A stretch of DNA of 63,985 bases, filler included, from Pelomyxa schiedti (GCA_020536535.1; 9 parts of 9 records of this genome joined end to end with filler, not necessarily neighbours in it); one strand, 5' to 3'; shown: positions 35,385 to 48,800, counted from the first letter of the whole stretch. Notes: generated by a model not told the origin, from the letters alone. Numbers and translations: made by a program.

Positions 35385-38300
35385 TGTTAGCTTCTGTGGG
35401 CTCGAGAATAAGTCCCACAGAGGAAGAAAACGAGTGAGAGTGAAGAGAATAAAGAGGGTTCTCTTGTTTGTTCTCGTCATTGTTGTAAAGGGGATAAAAA
35501 GGGAGTGTGTAAAAAATCTCGCAGAGTGGTTGTGCAATTGGGTTAAAAGGCTGTGATGTTCAAATGGATTCTCAGACAAGTGTGCATGTAATCAAAACCG
35601 CCTGCCACGTTCTTGTTGCTGTATTTGTGCACCCAGCTGCACTGTGCGCTGATCATTACCTTCGCTGTCTCATTCTGGTAATAGTCCAGCTCAGTCTCTC
35701 CAATCCCACTAAAGTGCACCAGACTTCAAAGCCTTGCGAGCAAGGCCGAGTTCGTGTACTTTGTGGAAGTACACACGTTCCCCCTCCTGTTGAGTGTGAT
35801 GACAATCACCAAGCGTTAGCGTAAGGCCAAATCGCTGTAAAATTCATGGAGACGGCGTTGACACGTTGCCGTTGGTCTGCGATTAGTGTGGCAGAGGCCG
35901 CTGTCTGTGTTTTTGACGGATGTTGGGTGATGGTAATGGTCAGTGGCGTTCGATAAATCATGAGGTTGCCGCGGTATGGTATGTGGAACGTTTCGGGTGG
36001 TGCTGGACATTCGGCGTTGGTGGTGGTAATAGAGTGTAAAAATGCACGTAGATACGTTGGCATCAGTCCGCGGATGGTGTGGTGAGGCCAGAGTTGTCGG
36101 GTGAATCTTGTGGGAGAGTTTCCTGTGGTGCCAGCATGTTGCTGGACGTCGGGTTGATGGTGCCGAGACCGCGTCGATATCGCGGATGTATGTGCGTTGT
36201 CACTGGTGCATTTTTTTTTTTTGCAGTTAATGTGAGACTTTGCCCCACAAAGGGCTAAGCCACAATGATCCCGTTATTGCTCGGTAGTGTCCGTTGTATT
36301 TGCTTCCATTTCGCCAGTTGTGTATGCCTTCACTCCATTGTATTCTGATTTCATTCCTCAAGTATGGAGCTTCTTTCCTTTTGCAATCTTTCATTGTATC
36401 TCTTGCTTTGCCAACAAAGAAATTTACATAGCCTCTGGGATGTATGCCTTCTACAATTTTGTAGCATCATTTCTGATGCTGAATACACTGTCTATGTGGC
36501 TAATTGTCCCAGGAATCTCCATTTTCTCTTAGCGCTAAATGGTTGGCAATGATTGTTCTTTCCTTTGGGTATGTTCCAATTTCGTACTCCTGTCTACTCA
36601 CTGGTATTATTGTTGCTGGTGACTCTCCTGATAGTGTGTACTGTAGCAAGTACACAAGCTTTAGCTCTATGGTCACTCTACGGACTCTGTACGAATCTCG
36701 ACTCTCGAGATCCAATGCGGGCTTGATGGAATTACTGGAATAAGGCAGTGACGATCTTATGAGACGCAGAACACACTAATGCGGACTGCAGTGGTGATTG
36801 ATTCTGAGGCAATCTCAACTGCGTGGCTTCGAAGCTAACCGCACCTAACCGCACCAAATTAATTATCCTTTGAACACGTGCAACCCAAGCACGAGAACAA
36901 GCAAGAGAACCTTTACACTCTTACTCTCTTTCGTTCTTTTCCCTCTGTGGGGCTTTATTCTCTTCCCACAGAAGCTAACAATAGTCCCAATTTCGTTTAC
37001 AATGGACCTAGTATCCTCAAATGACTTCTACTGATTCAGGGATTTGCCTTTCACTGACTTTGCCTTGATTTTTGGTGATTTCTGTGGCGCCTGTCATTGC
37101 CCTGTAAGCCCAAACTCCTTGCTTGATCTTCCTTAATGTGTTGTAGGTGTGGGTAAATAGCTATCAGCCACGCTGAGCATGATTGTTGCTGGTGATATAT
37201 TTTGATCCAGGGTCTTGGTTCAATTCTTTTCCCTCATAGTGCAAGGCGTTGTTACTTGGCCTGGCATACACAGGTATCTCAGTTTTCTTTCCAGCTGATT
37301 TCTGATCCCTCTCAGAGAATTACCGCAGTGCCTCATCTGTGATTGCCAACGCATTTTGTTGCATGCTTTCCCATCAGGTTGGAGCCTTCACTGCCATTGC
37401 ATTGCTCAAAGGCAAGTCCACCTCCCAGATTTCCAAAGTAATCATTCACGAAATAGATGCAGATACATTGCCTGCATGTTGGTTTTATTCCAGTTGTTGG
37501 AATACAGCTGCAGATTGTGTCCCACGAATTTCTATTGTGAGGCTGACTCCTTTAGGTTGATTCAGATTTGTGCCTTTGCTTGGCAGGGATCTCAATTTGG
37601 ACTTGGTGGTGTGTGAGGTGAGGTTTCCTTCGAATCACCTTGTTAATTGTTGTCTAGACACTGCCGCTTTGCAAACTTGGACTGCGTTGGTACTCAGATT
37701 GTTACATGATGCTGATGCTTGCCTCTGCTGTGTCCATTGGGCTTCAATCAAGCATTGCGTTTCCCAACTCATCTCCCAGTTGTGCAACCCTGCTGGGTTT
37801 AAGCCTGCCTGCCAGTTGTTCTGTGCCCTTTCCAGTATATTTGTCATTACTATCCCTAAGTCACTCATTCAATTACAGGAAATTCGAAATGATGTGCAAA
37901 ACTTTTTGGAAGTAGTAGAATAGAGTTGCTTGCTTGACTCCAAGCTTGGTGCGAGAGTTGACTAGCTGCCTTTGAAAATTACTTCTTTCCACACTAATTC
38001 GGAGTAACTCACTGACTGTAGGTCCACCAAAATGCTCTCGCCAATTGCTGGGAGTTTCCTCGGTTGGTATTACACATTCTCCAGACTCCATAATGTCCGC
38101 TTCATCAAATAGAAGTCAGGTTTGGCTTGTTAATTACCTCCACTGGCAATTACAGCCGAATCAGGGTAGTAGTGTAGTCCTTGGTGGCCAGATGGATATA
38201 ATAGCTGTCAGTAGGCTCTCAAGTTCTCAGGTAGTTCTCCTCTCATGGAACATTGGTGTTCTAAGTTCCTCTAGTTTGCCTTGGGCTCTCTTGCGTTGTC

Positions 38301-39239
38301 CCATAACTTGGGAGCTTGCAATACCAGCTGCTTGAGTTATTGTTTGTTTGGTGGGCTGCGCTCTAGTTGGGTGACCTTTTTTTGAATGATTCCCTGTTTA
38401 CTACATCCCCAGAGATGACAGGGTGACCTCGAATTGAAACAATGTGTGTCCAGCATTACTTGAACTCCCAATTTAGCCCGAAATAATGGGGGAGCTGCNN
38501 NNNNNNNNNNNNNNNNNNNNNNNNNNNNNNNNNNNNNNNNNNNNNNNNNNNNNNNNNNNNNNNNNNNNNNNNNNNNNNNNNNNNNNNNNNNNNNNNNNGG
38601 CGCCTGTCATTGCCCTGTAAGCCCAAACTCCTTGCTTGATCTTCCTTAATGTGTTGTAGGTGTGGGTAAATAGCTATCAGCCACGCTGAGCATGATTGTT
38701 GCTGGTGATATATTTTGATTCAGGGTCTTGGTTCAATTCTTTTCCCTCTTAGTGCAAGGCGTTGTTACTTTGCCTGGCATGCACAGGTATCTTAACTTCT
38801 TTCCAGCTCACTTCTGACTCCTCTCAGAGAATTACTGCAGTGCCTCATCTGCGATTGCCAGCGCATTTTGTTGCATGCTTTCCTGTCAGGTTGGAGCCTT
38901 CACTGCCATTGCGTTGCTTGAAGGTAAGTCCACCTCCCAGATTTCCAAAGTAATCATTCACGAAATAGATGTAGATGCACTGCCTGCATGTTAGTTTCAG
39001 TTCAGTTGTTGGAATACAGCTGCAGAGTTCCAGGTATGTCCCACGAATTTCTATTGAGAAGCTGACTCCTTTAGATTGATTCAAATTCGTGCCTTTGCTT
39101 GGCAGGGATCTCAATTTAGACTTGGTGGTGCATGAGGTAAGGTTTCCTTTGAATCGCCTTGTTAATTGTTGTCTAGACACTATGCTGCTGTGCGGACTTG
39201 CACTGCATTGGTCCTCAGATTGTTGCATGATGCTGATAC
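35385..39239 (-). mobile_element. Degenerate Ty3/Gypsy element copy: 3' LTR 35385-35775, PPT 35776-35788, integrase/RT fragments
   Basis: Minus-strand LTR TGTGTAC...CTAACA preceded by PPT AGGAGGGGGAACG; integrase-like YFVND and YNT..G segments; homologous to 42030-51372. Confidence 0.8.
36635..36980 (+). mobile_element. Solo LTR (family A) with ATAG target-site duplication, nested in Gypsy copy
   Basis: ATAG-TGTGTAC...GCTAACA-ATAG; the empty site is visible in the paralogous copy near 42730. Confidence 0.9.
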
Positions 39240-39752
39240 NNNNNNNNNNNNNNNNNNNNNNNNNNNNNNNNNNNNNNNNNNNNNNNNNNNNNNNNNNNNN
39301 NNNNNNNNNNNNNNNNNNNNNNNNNNNNNNNNNNNNNNNGTGGGTGAGTGACAGTGAGTGAAGCCAGTGGAGTGGGGCGAAGTGGTTTGAGAATTCACTC
39401 TGTTCGGAACCTTCTGGCATCCACAGTCCTGTTGTTGTTGGGTGATAAAAGGGAATTTTAACTTTTTAGTGGACTGTACAGGCAGGTCGGCCTAAATATT
39501 ATTTTAATATATTTATTATTAATAATTATAATAAATATTGAGGCTTGTATAGTAGTGAACTTGAGGCTTTTTTGGGTCAAAAACCCTCACCTGTGTGATG
39601 GGTGAGTAAGAAAACAAAAAAGAAATAACTTAAAAAAAAACGAGTCACCAACTTGCGCGTTACGCCAAGTCACCACAGACCACCAGACGGCACTACATTT
39701 TTAATAATTGGTAATACCACTCCCCGCGAAAAAAACAGCAGAGACAAACGTT

Positions 39753-40855
39753 ATGGACCAACACTGCACCAGTGGACCGTTCAAAATCGAACGGGTGTTG
39801 GACGCACGGTCACAGTTCGTTGCGTTGGCATGCGGTGCCATGATCCCACGTTGTGGTCGTGGTGGTGTTGCTGGCGATGGCACAACCCGCGTCTGGCCCC
39901 TCTCCGCGGTGAGGCTCCTGTCCAACGCCACTTACGTGTTGGTGAGCCACATTGGGACCAAGTGGGTTGTTCCAGCAGAGACGTGGCAGCAGCAGCAGCA
40001 TCGGCGAGCCATTGGCTTCAGTGTATGTGGCAGCGACCCACTCCAGTGCGGCGACTGTGCAAAAACAGTCAATACCTGCAGGTGTGGAGGCTTGGCGGCG
40101 GCCTGCCTGTTGGTCACTGTAAGGCCTGGGGGTTTACCCACAACACCTTCTCAGTTCGCGTGAGGTTCAGCCCTCTGGGATGCAACGGCCACCATGGCGA
40201 CGAACTGGTTGTAGCGACAATTATTACATCAGACACCAATGATTTCGAGACAACCGAGCTGCTGTTCATTGACCTGGAGGCGAGCTTTATGGATGGGCAT
40301 CTGGCTCTAACCAGCAGCATTGTTATTCCAGACACAAGAGTTGTTGACTTTCTGTGGGTGTCCCACGACGAATTACTCCTTCTCAACTGGTCAAAAACTG
40401 GTTTTGTACTGCAACCTGTTGTAAATGGCACCGTGGCAGGGGGGAAAGTACTATTCCCAGAGCGAAAATACACAAGTTTGCAGTTCATACAACCAGCACA
40501 TGTACTTGCACAAACGAAGGCAAGGAGTGGCAGCAGGGGTTCTGAGGTTTACTCCACCTCGAACTTGAGTGAGCCACTGTACCTGCAAACACATGCAAGA
40601 AGCTTGTATCTTCGCTCGGGGTTTGTTGTGTTCACCGGTGGTGATGCCCACACTGTGAGACAGAGTTTCCAGGATGTTGGGACAGGCACAGTTCTGTTCG
40701 CCCTGACACGCACCCATAATGTGCCCCCAAACACACAAGAAGCCCTGTGGACCACCACCACAACCACAACGGCACCACGACCCTCCTCCCCAGACTGGCC
40801 TCCCTTGGGAGATCGTTTTAAAAAACACCGGACCACCGCTCCTGAGCGACGATAA
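39753..40855 (+). CDS. RCG-motif family protein; frame restored by putative intron 40023-40081, otherwise a pseudogene
   Basis: RSQFVALACGAMIPRCG..HIGTKWVV; LLFIDLEASF; FQDVGTGTVLF; gtatgt...ctgcag in the correct phase. Confidence 0.6.
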
Positions 40856-41294
40856 AAAGGACAGCGTTGAGAAAAACAGAATTATTGGGACTGCCCAAGT
40901 GTGCACACTTTTTATCAAAAAAATCAGGCACAGCCTGGACTTTCTACACTCTTTCACGCACGAGATGGTTCGGTCCTGAATGCTTTGTGATGGTGTTCAG
41001 GACCGTGTGTGTTTGAGTGCATTTTCTTAGTGTTAAGGGCTTGTTTCTGTGAAAAGTGAAAGACCCGATTCTCAAACACCTGATCTGGGGTGGGATCCCT
41101 TTTCTCAGCGGTCAAGCTGCTTCAACAACTTCAGTAATAGGCTTTCCTTTTGCTGTTGCCAGCTTTTTTAACTGCTCATAAACAAAATCACAAATGTAAA
41201 CATGTTTAGAGCTAACACATGTTTTTCTAGTTGACATTGTCTAAACAACAAAAAAAAAACCAAATGTTGGTTAAAAGCCCTACAGTAGCATCAC

Positions 41295-41656
41295 TGTGTA
41301 CTATAGCAAGTACATGAGCTTTAGCTCTATGGACACTCTGTGGACTCTGTATGAATCTCGACTCTTGAGATCCAATGCAGGCTTGATGGAATTACTGGAA
41401 TAAGGCAGTGACGATCTTATGAGACACAGAACGCACTAAAGTGCACTGCAGTGGTGATTGATTCTGAGGCAATCTCGACTGAGAATTGGACAACAGCGTG
41501 GCTTCAAAGCTAACCACACCTAACCACACCAAAATTAATTCTCCTTTGAACACGTGCAACCCAAGCACGAGAACAAGCAAGAGAACCTTTACACTCTTAC
41601 TCTCTTTCGTTCTTTTTCCTCTGTGGGGCTTTATTCTCTTCCCACAGAAGCTAACA
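41295..41656 (+). mobile_element. Solo LTR (family A) with TCAC target-site duplication
   Basis: TCAC-TGTGTAC...GCTAACA-TCAC; highly similar to 36635-36980; an inverted LTR-end fragment follows at 41663-41713. Confidence 0.9.
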
Positions 41657-42029
41657 TCACATGTCCACAGAGTGTCCATAGAGCTAAAGCTCGTGTACTT
41701 GCTAAAGTACACACACAAAACTGTTTCAAGTTTAGTTTCTCTCGGACAGAGTCTTGGCTTCGCGGTACAATGTTTGTCTGCATATCTGGATCAGTGGGCG
41801 GTGATTTGTTTCCCTATCAAAAAGTGTATCATCACCGCCCAAAATCACTGCCTGGGCGGTGGTCAAGCACATAAGCCAGTCAGTAAAATCACCGCCCTGG
41901 GTTTAACCAAAAGAAAAAAACTTTTTTTTAGGTTGTTCTTAATCTAACTCAATATTTAACAGTGCTGAGGGGTTAAGCTTTGGGCTAAACAAGGAGTACA
42001 AAGCTAACATGTTGTTCCTTGTGGTGTTC

Positions 42030-42293
42030 TGTTAGCTTCTGTGGGCTCGCGAGCAAGGCCGAGTTCGTGTACTTTGTGGAAGTACACACGTTCCCCCTCC
42101 TGTTGAGCGTGATGACAATCACCAAGCGTTAGCGTAAGAGCAAAATCACTGTACAATTCACGGAGACGGCGTTGACGCGTTGCCGTTGGTCTGCGATTAG
42201 TGCGGCGGAGGCCGCTGTATGTGTTTTTGACGGACATCGGGTCGATGGTGCCGAGACCGCGTCGATGTCGCGGATGTATGTGCGTCGTCACTG

Positions 42294-42339
<46 letters not shown>

Positions 42340-43646
42340 CAAAGTTAGTATGAGACTTTGTGGAGCCGCAATGATCCCGTTATTGCTCGGTAATGTCCGT
42401 TGTATTTGCTTCCATTTCGCCAGTTATGTATGCCTTCACTCCATTGTATTCTGATTTCATTCCTCAAGTATGGAGCTTCTTTCCTTTTGTAATCTTTCAT
42501 TCTTTCTTGCCAACGAGAAGTTTACATAGCCTCTGGGATGTATGCCTTCTACAATTTCGTAGCATCATTTCTGATGCTGAATACACTGTCTATGTGGCTG
42601 AGTGTCCCAGGAATCTTGATTTTCTCTTAGCGCTGAATGGTTGGCAATGATTGTTCTTTCCTTTGTGGGGTAGGTTCCAATTTCGTACTCCTGTCTACTC
42701 ACTGGTATTATTGTTGCTGGTGACTCTCCTGATAGTACCAATTTCGTTTACAGTGGACCTAGTATCCTCAAATGACTTCTACTGATTCAGGGATTTGCCT
42801 TTCACTGACTTTGCCTTGATTTTTTGGTGATTTCTGTGGCGCCCAAACTCCTTGCTTGATCTTCCTTAATGTGTTGTAGGTGTGGGTAAATAGCTATCAG
42901 CCACGCTGAGCATGATTGTTGCTGGTGATATATTTTGATCCAGGGTCTTGGTTCAATTCTTTTCCCTCATAGTGCAAGGCGTTGTTACTTTGCCTGGCAT
43001 GCACAGGTATCTCAGCTTCTTTCCAGCTGACTTCTGACCCCTCTCAGAGAATTACTGCAGTGCCTCATCTGTGATTGCCAACGCATTTTGTTGCATGCTT
43101 TCCCATCAGGTTGGAGCCTTCACTGCCTGCATGATGGTTTTATTCCAGTTGTTGGAGTACAGCTGCAGAGTTCCAGGTATGTCCCACGAATTTCTATTGA
43201 GAAGCTGACTCCTTTAGATTGATTCAAATTCGTGCCGTTGCTTGGCAGGGATCTCAATTTGGACTTGGTGGTGCATGAGGTAAGGTTTCCTTTGAATCGC
43301 CTTGTTAATTGTTGTCTAGACACTATGCTGCTGTGCGGACTTGCACTGCATTGGTCCTCAGATTGTTGCATGATGCTGATACTTGCCTCTGCTGTGTCCA
43401 TTGGGCTTCAATCAAGCATTGCGTTTCCCAACTCATCTCCCAGTTGTGCAGCAACCCTGCTGGGTTCAAGCTTGCTTGCCAGTTGTTCTGTGCCCTTTCC
43501 GGTATGTTTGTCATGGTTACTATCCCTAGATAACTCATTCAATTGCAGAAAATTCGAAATGATGTGCAAAACTTTGTGGAAGTAGTGCGCCAGACTTCAG
43601 AGCCTCGCGAGCAAGGCCGAGTTCGTGTACTTTGTGGAAGTACACA
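42030..43646 (-). mobile_element. Internally deleted Gypsy copy: 59-bp mini LTR (42030-42088), PPT, integrase fragment, partial second LTR (about 43585-43646)
   Basis: LTR termini tgttagcttctgtggg and gaagtacaca; internal sequence homologous to 35776-37915. Confidence 0.8.
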
Positions 43647-44911
43647 CTGGCCAGTTCGTTGCGTTTTCCTGTGGATCAGTTGTGGCAAGGACGAGGGCGC
43701 TGTCTCCACTGCGGCTCCTCTCTGTTTCCCCCTCGATAGTCGAGCAGTTTGGCAGGGAATGGATAGTGTGTGCCTGCAGGGACGTCGTGTTTACAGTGAG
43801 AGGGGAGCTCATGAGAGTCTGCAGTGCGGATGAGGAGCCGTTCGAAATTCATGTTTGGATGAGAGTGTCACCAACCCTTGGTGTTGTGAGGTTGGTGCAG
43901 TTTGCCACGTTCGGGCCTGTGTGGGGATTCAGTGACCTGGTTGCTTGCATTGGGGCACAAGCCACAGCAAGAAGAATACAGCTGGAGGGAACACTCTTTC
44001 GTGGCAGTGGGCATAAAATTGGCAAGGACAGGCTGGTGATGGCAAGAAGTCAGACCAATGGTGTTTTGGTTGACATCGTGGATGAAAGTGGATCGATTGT
44101 GAGGAACTTGTTCCCTGGTGACGGAACTCGTGACCCCAAGTCACTCAGCCCTTCTGTGTGTTCCAACAGCAGGTGGATTGTGTTGGTACTTCCTGCCGAA
44201 ATAAAACTCTGGAGGCTCTTCAATTCCATTGTAAATTCAGATGGGAGTGGCAAGCCACTGTTCACTGAAGAGGACTGTGTGAAAGTTAGCAGGGATTTTG
44301 GCTCCATTCTAAGTTCTGTGGCACTCTGTGAGCGTGATCCTGATCTGCTCCTCGTGGCTTTTCCCCTGTCTTCTGACAATGTCAACGAGATTATCTTGCA
44401 GCACATTGACTTGGTGGCCACCTTTAAACAAAGGGCAGTTATGCTCAAGAAGGAACATGTGCGTCTCCAATTGCCCCTCAATCAGCCTCTTACAGTGCTT
44501 GGTGGTGAGCCAATCTGTGTGGCTGCACATGGAATCACTGACTCACTCCACAACACCAGCACCAACCAGACTCACCCTTTTGAAGGCTACGTACAACCCC
44601 TTGGCAGAAATCTGTTCTCGGTTGTGGGAAATGGGCCCACACTCCAGCGCAAGGTGTTCCACATAAATGACTTCAACACACCTTACAGCATCCATGATCG
44701 TTGGAGGCAAGTTGGCAGCGCAGATGGCTCCATGATGAGACCCTTGCTGGTTCTGAACACTGGCATACTGGTGTGGGTGTGCAGCCCAACCACACCAGGT
44801 GAGGCAGGCCTCCACAGAATGTCAGTGAAGTATGCAATAACTGATGCTGAGAAAGGCACACTCTTGGCATTTGTCACTTACCATGCCCCTGCCAAGAAGA
44901 GTTGTATTTGA
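43647..44911 (+). pseudogene. RCG-motif family gene, 5'-truncated by LTR
   Basis: The LTR end abuts GQFVAFSCGSVVARTRALSPLRLL..QFGREWIV; the rest of the ORF is intact (about 420 aa) but has no native start. Confidence 0.7.
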
Positions 44912-45873
44912 GAACATCTGTTGGTTTCCAAAACACCTCTCACTCCAGAATTCGGTAAGTATCAGAGAACCTCATTCTCAGAAAAACCATCGGAGCAAGA
45001 CAACGGCAACGGCTCACACCATTGACACTCCCAAGGCGCACCCACAAGTGCGGCAACCAGGCCCCGCCTCGTCCTCATTTTCACCCCCGCCACCGCCACC
45101 ACGCGTGACAGTCGACGCCGTCCTGTCGGCCGCGAGCCAGTTCGTCGCGTTCGCGTGCGGCTCGGCTGTGGCCAGGACGAGGGCGCAGTCGCCGGCCAGG
45201 CTCCTCGCCGCGTCGCCGTCGGCCGTCGAGCAGTTTGGCAGGGAGTGGGTCGTGCGCGCGTGCAGGGAAGTGGTGTTCTCGGCCAGTCTCCGCGGCCTGG
45301 GGTTCTCCACGGTGCACGTGCGGATGTACCTGTCACTTACGCTCGGTGTTGTGAGGTCGGTGCAGTTCGGCACTTCGGGGGACCCCTGCTACCTGGCTGG
45401 CTGCATTGAGTCCCCGGCCACAGCGAGGAGAATACACCCGGAAGAAGAATCGGCGGTGGTGGAGGAGGATGACGGAGGAGTACAGGGCGGTGGCGGTGAG
45501 ACTGGCGACGAAAGGCTCCTGATGAAGATGAATGTTCGTGGAATTACGTATGTCAACATTGTGGACGGGAAGGGCTCGGTGGTGAGGAACTTGGTGCCTG
45601 GCAGTGACGCCCGTTTCCCAAGGGTGCTCAGTCCGTGGGTGTGTTGCAACAGCAGATGGGTTGTCGTTGTGGATACAGTTTACCTGATCATGTGGAGGCT
45701 CTGGGGTGGTGGGCATTTGCTCACTGGGGAGTGCCGTGAAAGTATCAAGCTAGACAGGTCACCAGTTGGCTGCGCATTACAGGTTCAAGACCCTGATGTC
45801 ATGCTCCTGGCTGCTGGGAAGCCAAATCACGATTTCAGTGGGTTTTTACTGTGGCATGTTGACCTGATCGAGA
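44844..45873 (+). CDS. RCG-motif family protein, tandem paralog of the 43647 gene, 3' lost in gap; start unclear
   Basis: SQFVAFACGSAVARTRAQSPARLLAASPSAVEQFGREWVV; CCNSRWVV. Confidence 0.65.
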
Positions 45874-48800
45874 NNNNNNNNNNNNNNNNNNNNNNNNNNN
45901 NNNNNNNNNNNNNNNNNNNNNNNNNNNNNNNNNNNNNNNNNNNNNNNNNNNNNNNNNNNNNNNNNNNNNNNNNAAGCTTGCTTGCCAGTTGTTCTGTGCC
46001 CTTTCCGGTATGTTTGTCATGGTTACTATCCCTAGATAACTCATTCAATTGCAGAAAATTCGAAATGATGTGCAAAACTTTGTGGAAGTAGTGCTGATTC
46101 CTCTGCGTTGGTGTGCAAGTCTCCTTGCCTGAAAGTTAATTAATGGAAACCAGGAATTGGATCCGCAGAGATGCTTGAGTGCTACAATATTTAGAGGCCT
46201 TCCCATGTGCCATAATTTTTCTGATTGGAGTTTCCAGCGTGTCAAACAGCAGCTCTGTTCACCAAAATGCTGTGGTGCCAAGATTGGAGTTGCTTATGAC
46301 CTCAAATTCGATGTAAAGGATGACTGGTTGCCTTGAAAGTTCCTTCAGGTTCGTAGGCAATGAAATTCAACATTCTGACTCACTTCCTTCAGACATGCCA
46401 TAATAGCTACTGTTGATGGGATCAAGGTTTCCTGTGCTTGAAATGTAGTTTCTTGCTTGCCAAAATCCTTGTGGTGTTGCCTAGCTATTCCTGTGTCTGA
46501 CCTTATCCACTAGGATCAACTCAATTCGTTCAGGGTTCTTTGTATAGCGCTCTCCCGCTTTGAATATCCACAAACTTGACCTGCCCTTAGTATGGTTCCA
46601 CTTGCCATAGATGATTCCTCACATAGTGCAGATCGCTGAGAGTGCTGTTGGAACTGATCTAAGTGGTAAGCGTGAATTTATTGCTGTTAATATTGCTAAT
46701 ATGGGTTGTAAAGAAGTCAAGCTATGACTGGAGTGCAATTTCCCTTGGCTTGAAATGAAGTAGACCAGTTCTGGTCTTTCCTGAGCTTCAATGTACATGT
46801 ATAGCATTTCCGCACTTGTAGGAATGCTTGCCGAGTGTTGTAATTCATAATCTTCTCCATTTCTGCACTAATTCGGAGTAACTCACTGACTGTAGGTCCA
46901 CCAAAATGCTCTCGCCAATTGCTGGGAGTTTCCTCAGTTGGTATTACACATTTCCCAATGTGTATCTCGTTTCTGTGAGGTGTTCCTGCTTCCTCCAGAC
47001 TCCACAATGTCCGCTTCATCAAATAAAAGTCAGGTTTGGCTTGTTAATTACCTCCACATAGTCTTCCTTACTCCTTTGCCAGAATCGGCCCTCCTGAAAA
47101 ATTTCCCCATGTGCGCATTGTGTCAGCTCCAGCGCACTCAATTCTATTCCTGCCAGGACTCTCTCTGCATGGTGTTGNNNNNNNNNNNNNNNNNNNNNNN
47201 NNNNNNNNNNNNNNNNNNNNNNNNNNNNNNNNNNNNNNNNNNNNNNNNNNNNNNNNNNNNNNNNNNNNNNNNNNNNNGTGATTTCCAGTGCATTTTGTTG
47301 CATGCTTTCCTGTCAGGTTGGAGCCTTCACTGCCATTGCGTTGCTTGAAGGTAAGTGCACCTCCCAGATTTCCAAAGTAATCATCCACGAAGTAGATGTA
47401 GATGCACTGCCTGCATGTTGGTTTCATCTCAGTTGTTGGGATACAGCTGCAGAGTTCCAGGTGTGTCCCACGAATTTCCATTGAGAAGCTGACTCCTTTA
47501 GATTGATTCAAAGGAGCCTTTGCTTGGCAGGGATCTCGATTTGGACTTGGTGGTGCATGAGGTAAGGTTTCCTTTGAATTGCCTTGTTAATTGTCGTCTA
47601 GACACTATGCTGCTTTGCAAACTTGCACTGCGTTGGTGCTCAGATTGTTACATGATGCTGATGCTTGCCTCTGCTGCATCCATTGGGCTTCAATCAAGCG
47701 TTGTGTTTCCCAACTCATCTCCCAGTTGTGCAGCAACCCTGCTGGGTTTAAGCTTGTCTGCCAGTTGTTCTGTGCCCTTTCCGGTATACTTGTCATTACT
47801 ATCCCTAAGTCACTCATTCAATTGCAGGAAATTCGAAATGCTGTGCAAAACTTTGTGGAAGTAGTGCTGATTCCTCTGCGTTGGTGTGCAAGTCTCCTTG
47901 AGTTGCTTATGACCTCAAATTCAATGCAAAGGATGACTGGTTGCCTTGAAAATTACTTCTGGTTCGTAGCCAATGAAACTCAACATTCTGGCTCACTTCC
48001 TTCAGGAATGTCATCAGAGCTACTACTGATGATGGGATCACAGTCCTGTGCTCGAAATGTAGTCTCTTGCTTGCCGAAAAGCCTTGTGGTTGCCTAGCTA
48101 TTCCTGTGTCTGACTTTATCCAATAGGAATCAACGCAATTCGTTCAGGGTTCTTTGTATAGCGCTCTCCTGCCTTGAATAGATGCAAGCTTGACCTGCCC
48201 TTAATATGGTTCCACTTGCCATAGATGATTCCTCACATAGCGCAGATCACTGAGAGTGCTGTTGGAACTGATCTAAGCGGTAAGCGTGAATTTATTGCTG
48301 TTATTATTGCTAATATGGGTTGTGAAGAAGTCAAGCTATGACTGGAGTGATTTCCCTTGGCTTGAAATGAAGTAGCCCAGTTCTGGTCTTTCCTGAGCTT
48401 CAATGTGTACATGTATAGTGTTTCCGCACTTGTAGGAACGCTTCCCAAGTGTTGTATGCATGATCTTCTCCATTTCTGCACTAATTCAGAGTCACTCACT
48501 GACTGTAGGTCCACCAAAATGCTCTTGCCAATTGCTGGGAGTTTCCTCAGTTGGTATTACACATTTCCCAATGTGTATCTCGTTTCTGTGAGGTGTTCCT
48601 GCTTTCTCCAGACTCCATAATGTCCGCTTCATCAAATAGAAGTCAGGTTTGGCTTGTTAATTACCTCCGCATAGTCTTCCTTACTCCTTTGCCAGAATCG
48701 GCCCTCCTGAAAAATTTCCCCATGTGCGCATTGTGTCAGCTCCAGCGCACTCAATTCTATTCCTGCCAGGACTCTCTCTGCATGGTGTTGGTATTCATCT

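Noticed and set aside
47330-47420. YFVDD read as a LINE or Copia RT active site
   Set aside because: Its position downstream of RT/RH-like motifs and upstream of the YNT..G segment and PPT fits the Gypsy integrase core instead.
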